In this document: piece by piece, positions 11,468 through 22,800 of the stretch
Layout: each line of letters opens with the position of its first letter
Position numbering within the stretch: the first letter of the stretch is position 1
Source of the DNA: Pristiophorus japonicus
Lineage: Eukaryota
Reading direction: 5' to 3'
Length of the DNA stretch: 64,000 nt
Assembly: GCF_044704955.1 (NCBI RefSeq)
Contig: NC_091984.1
Coordinates: 145,886,001 to 145,950,000 of the forward strand
Position numbers and translations under genes: made by a program
Notes under the pieces: model-generated
The model's input: only the letters and a program-made list of their open reading frames with translations
Told to the model about the DNA's origin: nothing
The model's database searches: none

Positions 11468-12808
11468 AGGAGGCGAGTGAACCGGTGCGCTCAGTGCTAT
11501 CTTGGGAGGCACTGTTCACCCTCCCGTCGCAGAGAAGACGCACTATCACAGTGCAAATGTACAACCCCCACATCCCCGTCATTGATGTGCTGACTTTCCT
11601 CAACAGGTTTTTCGATGGGGCAGGAAACAGCAGTGACTTGAAAGACGGGCACGGAATATGGACCAGCAAGCGCCAGATCCAGGTCACCATGAAGGTGGAC
11701 GCCAGCGGAACCATCCTGCACCCCCCCTCCAGCTTTTCCATCGGAGGAAGCCGGGGCTACATGGTGTACGCTGGCCAACCCAACGTGTGCCGCACCTGCG
11801 GGAAGGCAGGCCATGTGGCGGCAAGCTGCAAGACTGTCATCTGCCGAAACTGCAAGAACGAGGGCCACCAGACAAAAGACTGTAAGGAGACCAAGTGCTG
11901 CAACCTCTATGGTCTGGCTTGGCACCTTTACAAAAACTGCCCCAAACGCAATTTCAGCTATGCGCAGGCAGCAAAGAACATTGCACCAGAGGAGGAGGAA
12001 GCTGACGAACACAACGCTCCAGAGGAGAGCCACACCCTCCCCCCGACCAATGCCGCCGTGGACTCGGGACAAGACGGCGAGGAAGAGAACACTGCTACCG
12101 CGAGCTGCGAGCCACCAGCCTCGCCCCCAGAGCACCGAGTCCAGAAACGAGCAGACATCAGACGATGAAGCGGAATGGCAGACAGTAAGGAAAAAGGCCC
12201 GCGGGCGCAAGGCGAAGAGGTGACCACCAAGCTCGGCAGAAACCAGCGACGGCAGCTTGTCTGATGAGGAAAAGTGCCACCGCCTAAAGAAGAGGCAATG
12301 CGCCAACCCACGGCCACAGGAAACCGGGAGCAGTGAAGCGACAAACACAGCCCTGCCCCAGAAACCTGCGAGCAATGAAGGGCCCAGCGCACACGAGCTC
12401 CGGGACACCGAGAGCGAAGGAGTAACCAACGCAGACCAGACCTGGGATAACGGGAGCAGCGAAGTGCCCAGCACACCCCACCTCCGGAATACCGGGAGCG
12501 ACGCAGCGATCGACACACACCAGCTCGACACCGCCGCGACTGAGGAAAAGAGGGAACCACCAACACCAGGCGAGGACTATGCAGAGAACATTGAGGACTT
12601 AATCACAAAACTGCAGCAGTCCCCTGGTCAAAACATCGCCACAGCAGAGGACGACGATGACCACGCCACCCCAGGTGTAGTAAATGTTGATATTGATGTT
12701 GATAGTAATAACTTACACATGCTGGAAATCGCCATTGTGAATTATGGGGGAATTGAAATCGATTTACCTGAAATTGAAAACGATGCATCTGAACTGCAAT
12801 GTCTGTAA
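11468..12808 (+). pseudogene. Tx1/Keno ORF1 (ZCCHC3-like zinc-knuckle protein), disrupted
   Basis: MYNPHIP...GIWTSKRQ...HPPSSFSIGGSRGYMVYAGQPNVCRTCGKAGHVAASC...CRNCKNEGHQTKDC; acidic tail broken into several frames. Confidence 0.85.
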
Positions 12809-12828
12809 ATGTAAAAAATAGCTTTAAA

Positions 12829-15800
12829 ATGGATTTAAAAATTGCTAATATTAACGTGCGTAGCGTAAAATCGACTACGCGATGTGTTTCCACCTTGGGG
12901 TACCTCGCCAAGGTCAAAGCAGACCTGCTGTTTTTGCAGGAGTGCGGTCTGCCGCACTTCAGCAGTTACCGGCAGTGGTCACGATGGTGGACCCATGGAC
13001 CATCCATATGGTCAGAGGGCAACGACAGCCGGGCTTCCGGCTTGGGCATTCTGCTGCAGGGAGGCCACTTCACCATCACCGAAGTTAAGGAGGTGGTGGG
13101 CGGCCGCCTCCTTGTAGCAGACGTAATGTACAAAAACTCCCCTCTCAGGTTCATTAATGTTTACGCCCCAGTTCCCAAGGACGAGAGGCTGGCCCTCTTC
13201 CAGCAGCTCCCACTGCTACTGGCAACGTCCAGGCCAGTCATTCTGGGTGGTGACTTCAACTGCATCATCGATGCGGCTGGACGATCCAGCAGAGCCGACA
13301 GCAAACTGGACGCCACGTCCAAACTCCTGATGGATGCCGGTAAAAGATGCCAAGCTGTGCGACGTCTTCAGCAACCCTGCAGACGGAGCACCGCGCAGAT
13401 ACACCTGGTCGAGACCAGACGGGTCCGTCCGTTCCAGAATAGACTTCCTGTTTGTGTCCCACACGCTCAAGGTCAGATCCACCGACGTCACACCGGTGTT
13501 CTTCTCTGACCACTGCCTCCTACTGGCCGACTGTCACCCACAGGAAAACCAGAAATTTGGCAGAAGGATATGGAAGCTGAACGTGAAACTGTTGACTCCG
13601 GAAAACGTTGAGGAACTCAAGAGGGATTACAAAGGTTGGAGAACCGTAAAACCCCTCTGCGATTCCCCGATGCACTGGTGGGAAACAATCAAGACGCACA
13701 TCAAGAGGTTCTTCATCCTCAAAGGTGTTCAGGAGACAAGAGGGAGACAGAGGGAATTGTCCCAACTCCAGACAAATATGCAAAACCTGCTCCTGCTGCA
13801 GTCGATGGGGGTCGATGTCGCGGAGGAACTCGAAGAGGTGAAGGGCCAGCAAGCCTCGCTCTTTGCCTCGGAGTCCTCCAAGATCATCTTCCGCTCCAGA
13901 GTCCGCTCCGTTGAGCAGGATGAGACGTGCTCGCGCTTCTTCTTCCAAAAGGTACACAGGGGGAGCTCTGTGATCACCAGCCTAAGGGAAGGAGACGGTT
14001 CTGTGACGTCTTCGCAGCCTGACATGCAGAGGATCAGCAAATCCTTCTACGACGTCAAACCCACAGACCGCGTGGCCTCCCAGTCTTTCCTGTCGTCTAT
14101 TTCGGAGGTCTTAGACGACAGCGAACGGGAGAGTCTGGACCACCCGCTAACTCTGGATGAGCTGACAAAGGCCGTCCGGTCCTTCGAAACGAATAAAACT
14201 CCCGGAAGCGATGGCTTACCGGTCGAGTTGTACTCGGCTCTGTGGGACTGGATAGGCCCGGACCTGCTGGAAGTGTACGGAGGTATGCTTCTGGCCGGCA
14301 GCATGTCAGAATCGATGAGAAAGGCATCATCACCCTCATCTACAAGCAGAAGGGGGAGAGGGAGGAAATCAAAAACTGGCCGCCCATTTCGCTGCTCAAT
14401 GTGGACTACAAGATCCTGTCAAAGGTCATCGCCAACAGGGTCAAGTCTGCCCTTGAGCTGGTGATTCACCAGGACCAGACCTGCGCTGTCCCCGGCAGGA
14501 AGATCTCTGATAGCCTCGCGCTACTCAGAGATACGATCGCCTACGTGCGGGACAGGAGGGTGGACACCTGCTTAATCAGCTTAGACCAGGAGAAAGCCTT
14601 TGACAGGATATCGCACACGTACCTGATGGACGTGCTCTCCAAAATGGGGTTTGGGGAGGGTATCTGCAATTGGGTCAAACTGCTCTACACAGACATCAGT
14701 AGTGCAGTTCTAATCAATGGGTGGGAAACTCAAAGCTTTCCAATCAGATCTGGAGTCAGGCAAGGCTGTCCTCTCTCGTCTGTCTTGTTTGTGTGTTGTA
14801 TCCAGCCCTTTGCCGAGTCCATTAGGAAGGATGTGGGCATTAGAGGGGTGACGATCCCAGGCAGCGGAGGCGCCCAGGTCAAAACCTCGCTGTACATGGA
14901 CGACGTCGCCGTCTTTTGCTCGGATCCGCAGTCGGTCCACAGATTGCTCGCAATCTGCGACCAGTTTGAACTGGCCTCGGGAGCAAAGGTCAATCGCACC
15001 AAGAGCGAGGCTATGCTCTTTGGTCACTGGACCGACCGAGCCTCCATTCCCTTCACCGTCAAGCCAGATTTCCTGAAGGTGCTGGGAATATGGTTCGGAG
15101 CGAACGGGGCGTGCGCCAAAAACTGGGACAAGCGCATTGCCAAGGTCAGACAGAAACTGGCATTTTGGGAGCAGCGCTCCCTTTCCATCACAGGCAAGAA
15201 TCTGGTCATCAGGAGTGAGGTGCTCTCGGTGTTGCTGTACGTGGCACAGGTCTGGCCCATCTCTCGCTCCTGTGCCGTGGCAGTCACCCGGGCCGTCTTC
15301 CACTTTGTCTGGAGGTCCAAAATGGACCGTGTCCGCAGAGACACGATGTACAAATCTCTGGACAGTAGAGGAAAGGACGTTCCGAACGTGGCCCTCATCC
15401 TAATGGCCACCTTTGTGTGCGGCTGCATCAAGCTATGCACAGCCCCCCAGTACGCAAACACCAAGTGTCACTACGTGCTGAGGTTCTACCTGTCCCCATT
15501 GTTGAGAAGGATGGGTCTGGCCACGCTGCCGCGAAACGCCCCCACCAGTTGGACCATGCCTGTCCACCTGTCCTTCGTGGAAAAGTTTTTCAAAAGAAAC
15601 CCCTTTGACCACAAGGCCATCAAACAGTGGTCAGCACGTAAGGTCCTGGACGCCCTCCGAAAGAAGGAGATGGTGGACCCTGTCGGGTGGTTCCCTGAGC
15701 GGACTGTCGAACTTGTTTGGCAGAACGTCTCATCGCCAAAGCTCACACACAAGCACCAAGACGTAGCTTGGTTGGCGGTGAGGGGGGCCCTACCCGTCAG

Positions 15801-16224
15801 AGTATTCATGCACAGCCGACGCCTCAGCAGCACGGCACGGTGCCCCCGGGCCGGCTGTGGGGCGGACGAGACTGTCACCTATCTCCTTCAGGATTGCGCC
15901 TTTGCAACGCAGGTCTGGAAAGAGATGCAGTGGTTGCTGTCGAGGTTCATCCCAAGCAGCTCCGTAACACAGGACTCTGTGCTCTATGGGCTGTTCCCAG
16001 GGACTCACACCGAGACAGACATCACCTGCTGCTGGAGGGCTATCAACTCGGTCAAAGACGCTCTTTTGTCTTGCCGAAACTTGCTGGTTTTCCAGAACAA
16101 GGAGATGACCATGTCCGCATGTTGCAGACTGGCGCAATCCAAGATCCAGGAATACGTGCTGAGGGACGCACTGAAAATTGGTGCAGTCGCCGCAAAGGCA
16201 CGGTGGGGAAGGGCCACAGTTTAA
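12829..16224 (+). pseudogene. Tx1/Keno ORF2 (APE endonuclease, RT, C-terminal zinc-binding motif), two frameshifts
   Basis: NINVRS, LQEC, GGDFN, SRID, SDH; LDQEKAFD, GVRQGCPLS, YMDD; CPRAGCGADETVTYLLQDC. Frameshifts near 13338 and 14320. Confidence 0.92.
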
Positions 16225-16634
16225 AGCCCTTCTGCCACGGAAAACCTGGGGGCAGGAATCAGTACAAACCTCCCTCGAGCTGTATTTGTAATTTACTCTT
16301 TGTGTACATAGAGCACCAAATCTGTAAACACCAATGTCGTGCCATATACAATGCAAGCTGTGTTACGAAATGCATGTTTGAAAAGAAAAAAATGTAAATG
16401 TACCGTCACGCATTCCGGGCACTGTATTGTAACACATGAAATGTAATTTGTGTGAATGTACCACAATGTATCCCGTTTATTGTACCGAATCGCACTTGAA
16501 CAGAAAAACAAGAAATGTAACGAACGGAACTGCCGTCAGCACCCAGATGTATTGTACGGGATTGCTGACCGCAGCGAAATGTACTGAAATGCCATTGAAT
16601 GTACTGTACAGATTATTTTATTAAAAAAAAAACA

Positions 16635-16796
16635 CGGCCTTTTGGCTAAGATCAAGTGTCGTATCTGTTCTTATCAGTTATATCCCCTATGGGGACATGA
16701 TATTGAATTGATTTTTGGACAGGGAGCTAGATCAGGGGCTTGCCCTGTCCACTCCATGCACCGACCTGGTATTGCAATATTTCCAGGAACGGTGCA
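16635..16796 (+). pseudogene. RNU2: U2 snRNA-derived sequence (nt ~10 to 3' end, internal deletion)
   Basis: CGGCCTTTTGGCTAAGATCAAGTGTCGTATCTGTTCTTATCAGTT...ATTTTTGG (Sm site)...GACCTGGTATTGCA...CCAGGAACGGTGCA. Branch-recognition GTAGTA changed to GTCGTA; upstream is LINE poly(A), so no snRNA promoter. Confidence 0.93.
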
Positions 16797-17091
16797 ACTT
16801 CGCCTCTCGGCTTTTTGGCCTAAGATCAAACACATTGGCGCAAAGTGATCTTTGACGTTAGAGTTGATCTGGAACGAAATTGGATAAAAAAAATAATTTA
16901 AAAAAAAAGTCACACACCACACCGAGATGGAACAGGGGCTTGCTCTGTCCACTCCATGCACCGACCTGGTATTGCAGTGTTTCCAGGAACGGTGCAGCTT
17001 CCCCTCTCGGCCTTTTGGCTAAGATCAAATGTAGTAGCGCAAAGTGATCTTTGGCGCTGGAGTTGATCTGACAAGAATGAATTTTAAAAAA
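16635..17091 (+). mobile_element. Two U2-derived SINE-like units (16635-16908, 16924-17091)
   Basis: U2 3' end joined to U2 5' end, then a GCGCAAAGTGATCTTTG...GAGTTGATCTG tail and an A-run. The second unit is flanked by GTC(A/T)CACACCACACC at 16909-16923 and 17092-17106. Confidence 0.85.
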
Positions 17092-17629
17092 GTCTCACAC
17101 CACACCTACAGGCGGTGCTGGGTAAACCACACTAACACTCAGGGACATGTACACAGTGATACACTGACTGCTCCTCTCCCGAAGCTGAGGCCTCACTCGG
17201 TACAGTTTTGTGCTGCTGCCACGAGCCACACGTTAAGGAGAGAGAATGCAACGTTGTGACTGTGGTCTCCTGTCCCCAGATTGCCCCCAGCAGTCAGCAC
17301 AGAGTGCACAGTGTGATCCCACCATCGGGGGCTGCCCCAACACCCACAGTGTGCAGAGTGAGAACCAATGCTCACACTGGGAGGGTTTAATCCCAGCAGC
17401 TTTTAGTGTCTGTGTTTAATCTTGTGCACTCCAGGGGTTCGAGGTCAAATTGATCGTTTTAAAATGATTGATAATTGGCTTTGATTCAAATCTCCTGCTG
17501 ATGTGCCATTGATTGACAGCCCACCCAGCCAATCAGGACAGACACTTACTGAAATACAGCCAATCCAGCTGAGGGGGAGGTGGGACATTTCCAAAGCACT
17601 CGCCAGACACAGACTGAATATTCTTCACG

Positions 17630-17730
17630 TTTATTGCCTTTTACAGATTCACATTTACAGAAACAAGACTTGAATAAACAGCCCAGCGAGAGCGAGCTGG
17701 AGACATTCACAGGGAGAATGCAGCTTTATT
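17630..17730 (-). terminator. Candidate polyadenylation signals of the IgL transcript
   Basis: AATAAA on minus strand at 17730-17725 and 17635-17630, downstream of the C stop. Confidence 0.4.
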
Positions 17731-17926
17731 AAAAAAGTTGTGGGGATTTTCTCCACACCGTGAGAATCCTGTCCCTTTAAACGGGGACAAAACCTTGAAT
17801 TGTAACATCAGGGTGAGCAGGGAGGGGGTCTGCTTACTGAAGCGGCACTTCACAGTTTAACATTAGTTTTACTCTGCTGACAGTCTTCAGCATCTTCGAG
17901 AGGTTTTACTTGGCAGCACGAGTCAA

Positions 17927-18056
17927 CACTGTCCCATCAAACCCTCCCAGGGCAGGTACAGGACGGGTTAGATACAGAGTAAAGCTCCCTCTACACTGTC
18001 CCATCAAACACTCCCAGGGCAGGTACAGCACGGGTTACATACAGAGTAAAGCTCCA
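17927..18056 (+). repeat. Two copies of a ~66-bp satellite unit in the IgL 3' region
   Basis: ACACTGTCCCATCAAAC.CTCCCAGGGCAGGTACAG.ACGGGTTA.ATACAGAGTAAAGCTCC twice. Confidence 0.85.
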
Positions 18057-18223
18057 ATGACACTGCCCCAATAACGTGTCTTACCCCCTGACCCTCAGAT
18101 GCTTTCCCTGACCCAGTCCCGAGAAGGGAGTAGAAATGCAGTGCTGACAATGACCTTTGCCCTTTTGGCTCACCCCCTGTTCTATTTAAAGTTGCGTCTC
18201 CCCCGCGGACTGTCCCTGACACA

Positions 18224-18552
18224 CTACGCACATTCTGCTCTCCTGATGCCCTTGCTGAGGGGAGAGGAGAGGCTCTCGTGGGTGAGGCTGCAGGAGAAGC
18301 TGGCGTTGGACTCCCAGTCGGAGCCAGAGAGGGTCAGCAGGCTGCTGACACTGTAGGTGTTGTCCGAAGCTCGCAGGTAGTCGCTGGTCTGGACCCCGGC
18401 CGAAATGGTCGCCCCGTCCTTCTTCCACTCCACCTCCACCGCATCGGGGTAGAAGTGATCGGCGAGGCACACCAGGGTGGCAGTGCCCTAGGTCGTGACC
18501 TCCTCCAGGGAGGGGGGCAGCAGGGTCAGCGTGGGTGGTGTCTTCCCTCGGC
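18224..18552 (-). pseudogene. IGKC: Ig kappa-type constant exon with premature stop
   Basis: Acceptor cctttcAG (18554-18553). Reads RGKTPPTLTLLPPSLEEVTT*GTATLVCLADHFYP...WKKDG...YSVSSLLTL...FSCSLTHESLSSPLSKGIRRAECA*; in-frame TAG at 18490-18488. Confidence 0.95.
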
Positions 18553-18769
18553 CTGAAAGGGAGGAGAAGGATGTTTAATAGGTGTATATTAGTGTGTGTG
18601 TGTGTGTGTGTGTTTCCGTGTGGGGATAATTCACATCTGATAACGGAGAGCTGGGTTAATGAACTCCTGGCTGGTGTTTAATCATTAGAGGCTAGCAACA
18701 CTAATTCTTAATCTTCTTTGCCTCGTTTGATAAGTTTATTCTAAATAGAAATGTGTTTGATTGTAAGGT

Positions 18770-19195
18770 GGACATCTTAAAGCGCTTTACAGCCAATGAA
18801 GTACTTTTGGAGTGTAGTCACTGTTGTAATGTGGGAAACACAGCAGCCAATCTGCGCACAGCAAGCTCCCACAAACAGCGATGTGATAACGACCTGATAA
18901 TCTGTTCTTTTGTCATGTTGGTTGAGGGATAAATATTGACCAGGACACTGGGGAGAACTCCCCTGCTCTTCTTCAAAATAGTGGCATGGGATCTATTACA
19001 TCCACCTGAGAGGGCAGACAAGGCCTCGGTTTAATGTCTCATCCAAAAGATGGCACATCCGACAGTGCAGCGCTCCCTCAGCACTGCACTGCAGTGTCAG
19101 CCTAGATTTTTGTGCTCAAGTCCGTAGAGTGGGACTTGAACCCACAAACCTTCTGACTCAGAGGCGAGAGTGCAACGCACTGAGCAACAGCTGAT
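18770..19195 (-). mobile_element. tRNA-derived SINE (SacSINE1/DeuSINE-like)
   Basis: tRNA head with GGTTCAAGTCCC box B, GGATGAGACATTAAACCGAGGCC core, L2-like tail. Confidence 0.75.
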
Positions 19196-19889
19196 ACTCA
19201 AAATCATATTGGACTGTTGTATAAACATCTGCAATGCAGGGTTGGCACACATTCAGCACTGAAATGGTTAACAGTAAGAGTCGGTAAAGACTGAGTGTCC
19301 CATTAAGATGCTGTTCACTGGCAGGAAGTTCGAACTGTAGATGGGTGGATACAGGGGAAACAGGCTCAGCAGTGAGAAAGCTCGGATCACACACAGATCG
19401 GGAGAACTTTATCTGGGAACATTGCAGCACACTTGTATAAACACACTTCAGCAAGGCTTCATGTTGGGTGTCGATGTAGAAGCTTCTAGATTGCATTTAA
19501 AAGCTTGCTGCCCAGAGGTCAAAGGTCAGGCTAAAATCAGCCTCAGTGTACCGGGGTCAGGCAGGGTCACTGCTCCCAATGATCCCGTGACCTCCTGGAA
19601 GGTCAGAGTGCGTGAACAATGGGAGAGGGTCAGGATGAGGACCCTCCCACTTCAATGAAAGAAAGCCTTGAATTTATATAGCGCTTTTCACAACCTCAGG
19701 ATGTCCCAAGGTGCTTTACAACCAATTGCACACAGGAAGAAGTTGCCTGGACTGGAAAATTTTAGCTTTGAGGAAAGATGAGGAATGATTGGGTGAAAAA
19801 ATTATGGCCTGATTGATGTAGGCTAGGCCATTTTCTGCTTTTTTATAGTTTTAATTTTATTTCTGCTAAGTTAGTTCTCGGTCTATTAA

Positions 19890-22800
19890 ATAGAAGCATG
19901 GCAGGGCAGTTCTGTCCCGTGGAAGCACATCCTGTGCCATGTGGGAAGTCCTGTATGCTTCTCGTGGCCTGAACGACCACATGTGCAGGAAGTGTCACCA
20001 GCTACAGCAACTCGAGCTCCGCGTTTCGGAGATTGAGCGGCGGCTGGAGTCACTGCGGTGCATCCGCGAGGCTGAGAACTTCGTGGATAGCACGTTTCTA
20101 GAGGTGGTCACCCCGCAGCTTAAGAGTGTGCAGGCCGAGAGGGAATGGGTGACCACCAGACAGAAGAGGAGGTCCAGGCAGGTAGTGCAGGAGTCCCCTG
20201 ATTCCATCTCGCTCTCCAACCAGTATTGTGTACTGAGTACTGGTGGGGGGGATGGTGCCTCTAGGAAGTGCAGCCAGAGCCAAGTCCACGGCACCACGGG
20301 TGGCTCAGCTGCACAAGGGGGAGGGAGAAGAGTGGAAGAGCAATAGTGGTAGGGGATTCGATAGTTAGGGGAACAGACAGGCATTTCTGCGGCCACCTAC
20401 ATGACTCCAGGATGGTATGTTGCCTGCCTGAGTGTCAGGGTCAAGGATGTCACTGAGTGGCGGAAGTATGTTCTGAGGTGGGAGGGTGAACAGCCAGAGC
20501 TTGTGGTCCATATCGGTACCAATGACATAGGTTGAAAGAGGGATGAGGTCCTACAGGCAGAGTTTATGGAGCTAGGAGCGAGATTAAAAAGCAAGACCTC
20601 AAAGCTAGTAATCTCTGGATTACTCCCGGTGCCACGTGCTAGTGAGTACAGAAATAGGAGGATAGAGCAGATGAATGCGTGGCTGGAGAGATGGTGCAGG
20701 AGGCAGGGCTTTAGTTTCCTGAGGCACTGGGACCGTTTCTGGGGGAGGTGGGACCTGTACAATCCGGACGGGTTGCACCTCAACAGAGCCGGGACCAAAA
20801 TCCTCACGGCAGCATTTGCTAGTGTGGTTGGGGAGGGTTTAAACTAGCTTGGCAGGGGGATGGGAACCAGAGAATAGATTCAGTGGGGCGAGAAGCAAAG
20901 CTGGAATTAGAAAGCAGAAAAGTAGAAAGTGAATTTGGAAGACAGAGGAAACAAAGCTTAGAAAATAGACAGCAAGGCAGTTTGGCAGTGCTAAATAGTA
21001 TATACTTCAATGCATGGAGTCTCGGGAATAAGGCAGATGAGCTGAGAGCACAGATAGACATTTGGGAGTACGATATCATAGCTATTACTGAGACATGGCT
21101 GAAAGAAGGGCAGGTGTGGCAGCTCAATATTCCTGGTTACAGGGTTTTCTGACGGGTTGGAGAGGGGGATAAAAAAGTAGGGGATCGCAGTTCTGAAACA
21201 ACTGCAAGAAACAATTACATCTGTGAGGAGGGATGATATGTCGGAAGGATCATCAAATGAGGCCATATAGGTCGAATTGAAGAACGAAAAAGGGGTAATC
21301 ACACTGCTGGGAGTGTACTATAGACCCCCAAACAGTCAGAGGGAGAGAGAAGAGCAAATATATAGGGACATTTATGACAAGTGCAAAAACTATAGGGCAG
21401 TTATAGCAGAGGATTTCAACTACCCTAATATTAACTGGGATAAAATTAGTGTGAAAGGTACAGAGGATGTGGAATTCCTAAAATGCTTTCAGCAGAACTT
21501 TTTTAGCCAGTGTATAACAAGCCCAACAAGGGAGGGGACGGTTCTGGACTTGGTTTTGTGGAATGAAGAGGGGCAGGTGGAAGGGGTATCAGTGGGGGAG
21601 CATTTTGGGGCCAGTGATCATAATTCAGTTAGATTTAGGATAGTTATAGAAAAGGACAAAGATAGACCAGGAATTAACCTTCTCAATTGGGGAAAAGCCA
21701 ATTTTGCTGAGCTGAGATGAGATTTGGCCAAAGTGGACTGGAAACGGCTACTTGAAGGTAAATCAGTGTCAGAGCAGTGGGAGGCATTCAAGGGGGAAAT
21801 CCTGTGGTTTCAGAGTAAGTCTGTTCCCTTAAAGAAAAAGGGTGGGGCTAACAAATCTAGAGGTCCTGGATGTCAAGGGAAATACAGTGTAGGACAAAGT
21901 AAAAAAGGGAGGCTTATGACAGATACCGAGGGCTCAATACTGCAGGAACTTTAGAGGAGTATAGAAAGTGCAGGGGTGCAATTAAAAAGGAAATTAGGAA
22001 AGCAAAGAGAGAGCATGAAACCATTTTGGCAAGTAAAATCAAGGAAAACCCAAAGATGTTTTATAAATACATTAAGAGCAAGAGGATAATTACAGAAAGA
22101 GTAGGGCCCATTAGAGACCATAAAGGTAATCTGTGTGTGGAGACGTAAGACATGGGTATGGTTCTCAATAAATACTTTGCGTCTGTTTTCACAAAAGAGA
22201 GGGGCGATGCAGACATTGCAATCAGGGAGGAGGAGTGTGAAATATTAGATGAAATAAAGATAGTGAGGGCGGAAGTATTAAGGGGTTTCGGAGATTTGAA
22301 AGTGGATAAATCCCCAGGCCCAGATGAAATGTATCCCAGGCTATTAAGAGAAGCAAAAAGGAAATAGCAGAGGCTCTGACCATCATTTTCCAATTCTCGG
22401 GATACAGGTGTGGTGCCAGAGGACTGGAGGACAACTAATGTTGCACCTTTTTTTTTTTAAGAAGGGAGAAAGAGATAGACCGATTAATTACAAAGAAAAA
22501 TAGAAACATAGAAAATAGGTGCAGGAGCAGGCCATTCGGCCCTTTGAGCCTGCACCACCATTCAATAAGATTATGACTAATCATTCCCTCAGTACCCCTT
22601 TCATGCTTTCTCTCCATACCCCTTGATCCCTTTAGCCGTAAGGGCCATATCTAACTCCCTCTTGAACATATCCATGAACTGACATCAACCTTACTACTAG
22701 GGGAATCAAGGGGTATGGTGAGAAAGCAGGAATGGGGTACTGAAGTTGCATGTTCAGCCATGAACTCATTGAATGGCGGTGCAGGCTAGAAGGGCCGAAT

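Larger units (their letters stand above)
11468..16632 (+). mobile_element. Keno-like Tx1-clade non-LTR retrotransposon, 5'-truncated, frameshifted
   Basis: ORF1 with three CCHC-type knuckles, APE+RT ORF2, AT-rich 3'UTR, poly(A) at 16623-16632 followed at once by U2 snRNA sequence. Confidence 0.9.

Noticed and set aside
11377-12168. Host ZCCHC3 gene
   Set aside because: It is ORF1 of the LINE, followed by APE/RT ORF2; the predicted N-terminal ~30 aa are read-through from the SINE-like tail.
16635-16796. Functional U2 snRNA gene
   Set aside because: Lacks the first ~9 nt, has an internal deletion and an altered branch-recognition sequence, and is preceded by LINE poly(A) rather than a PSE.
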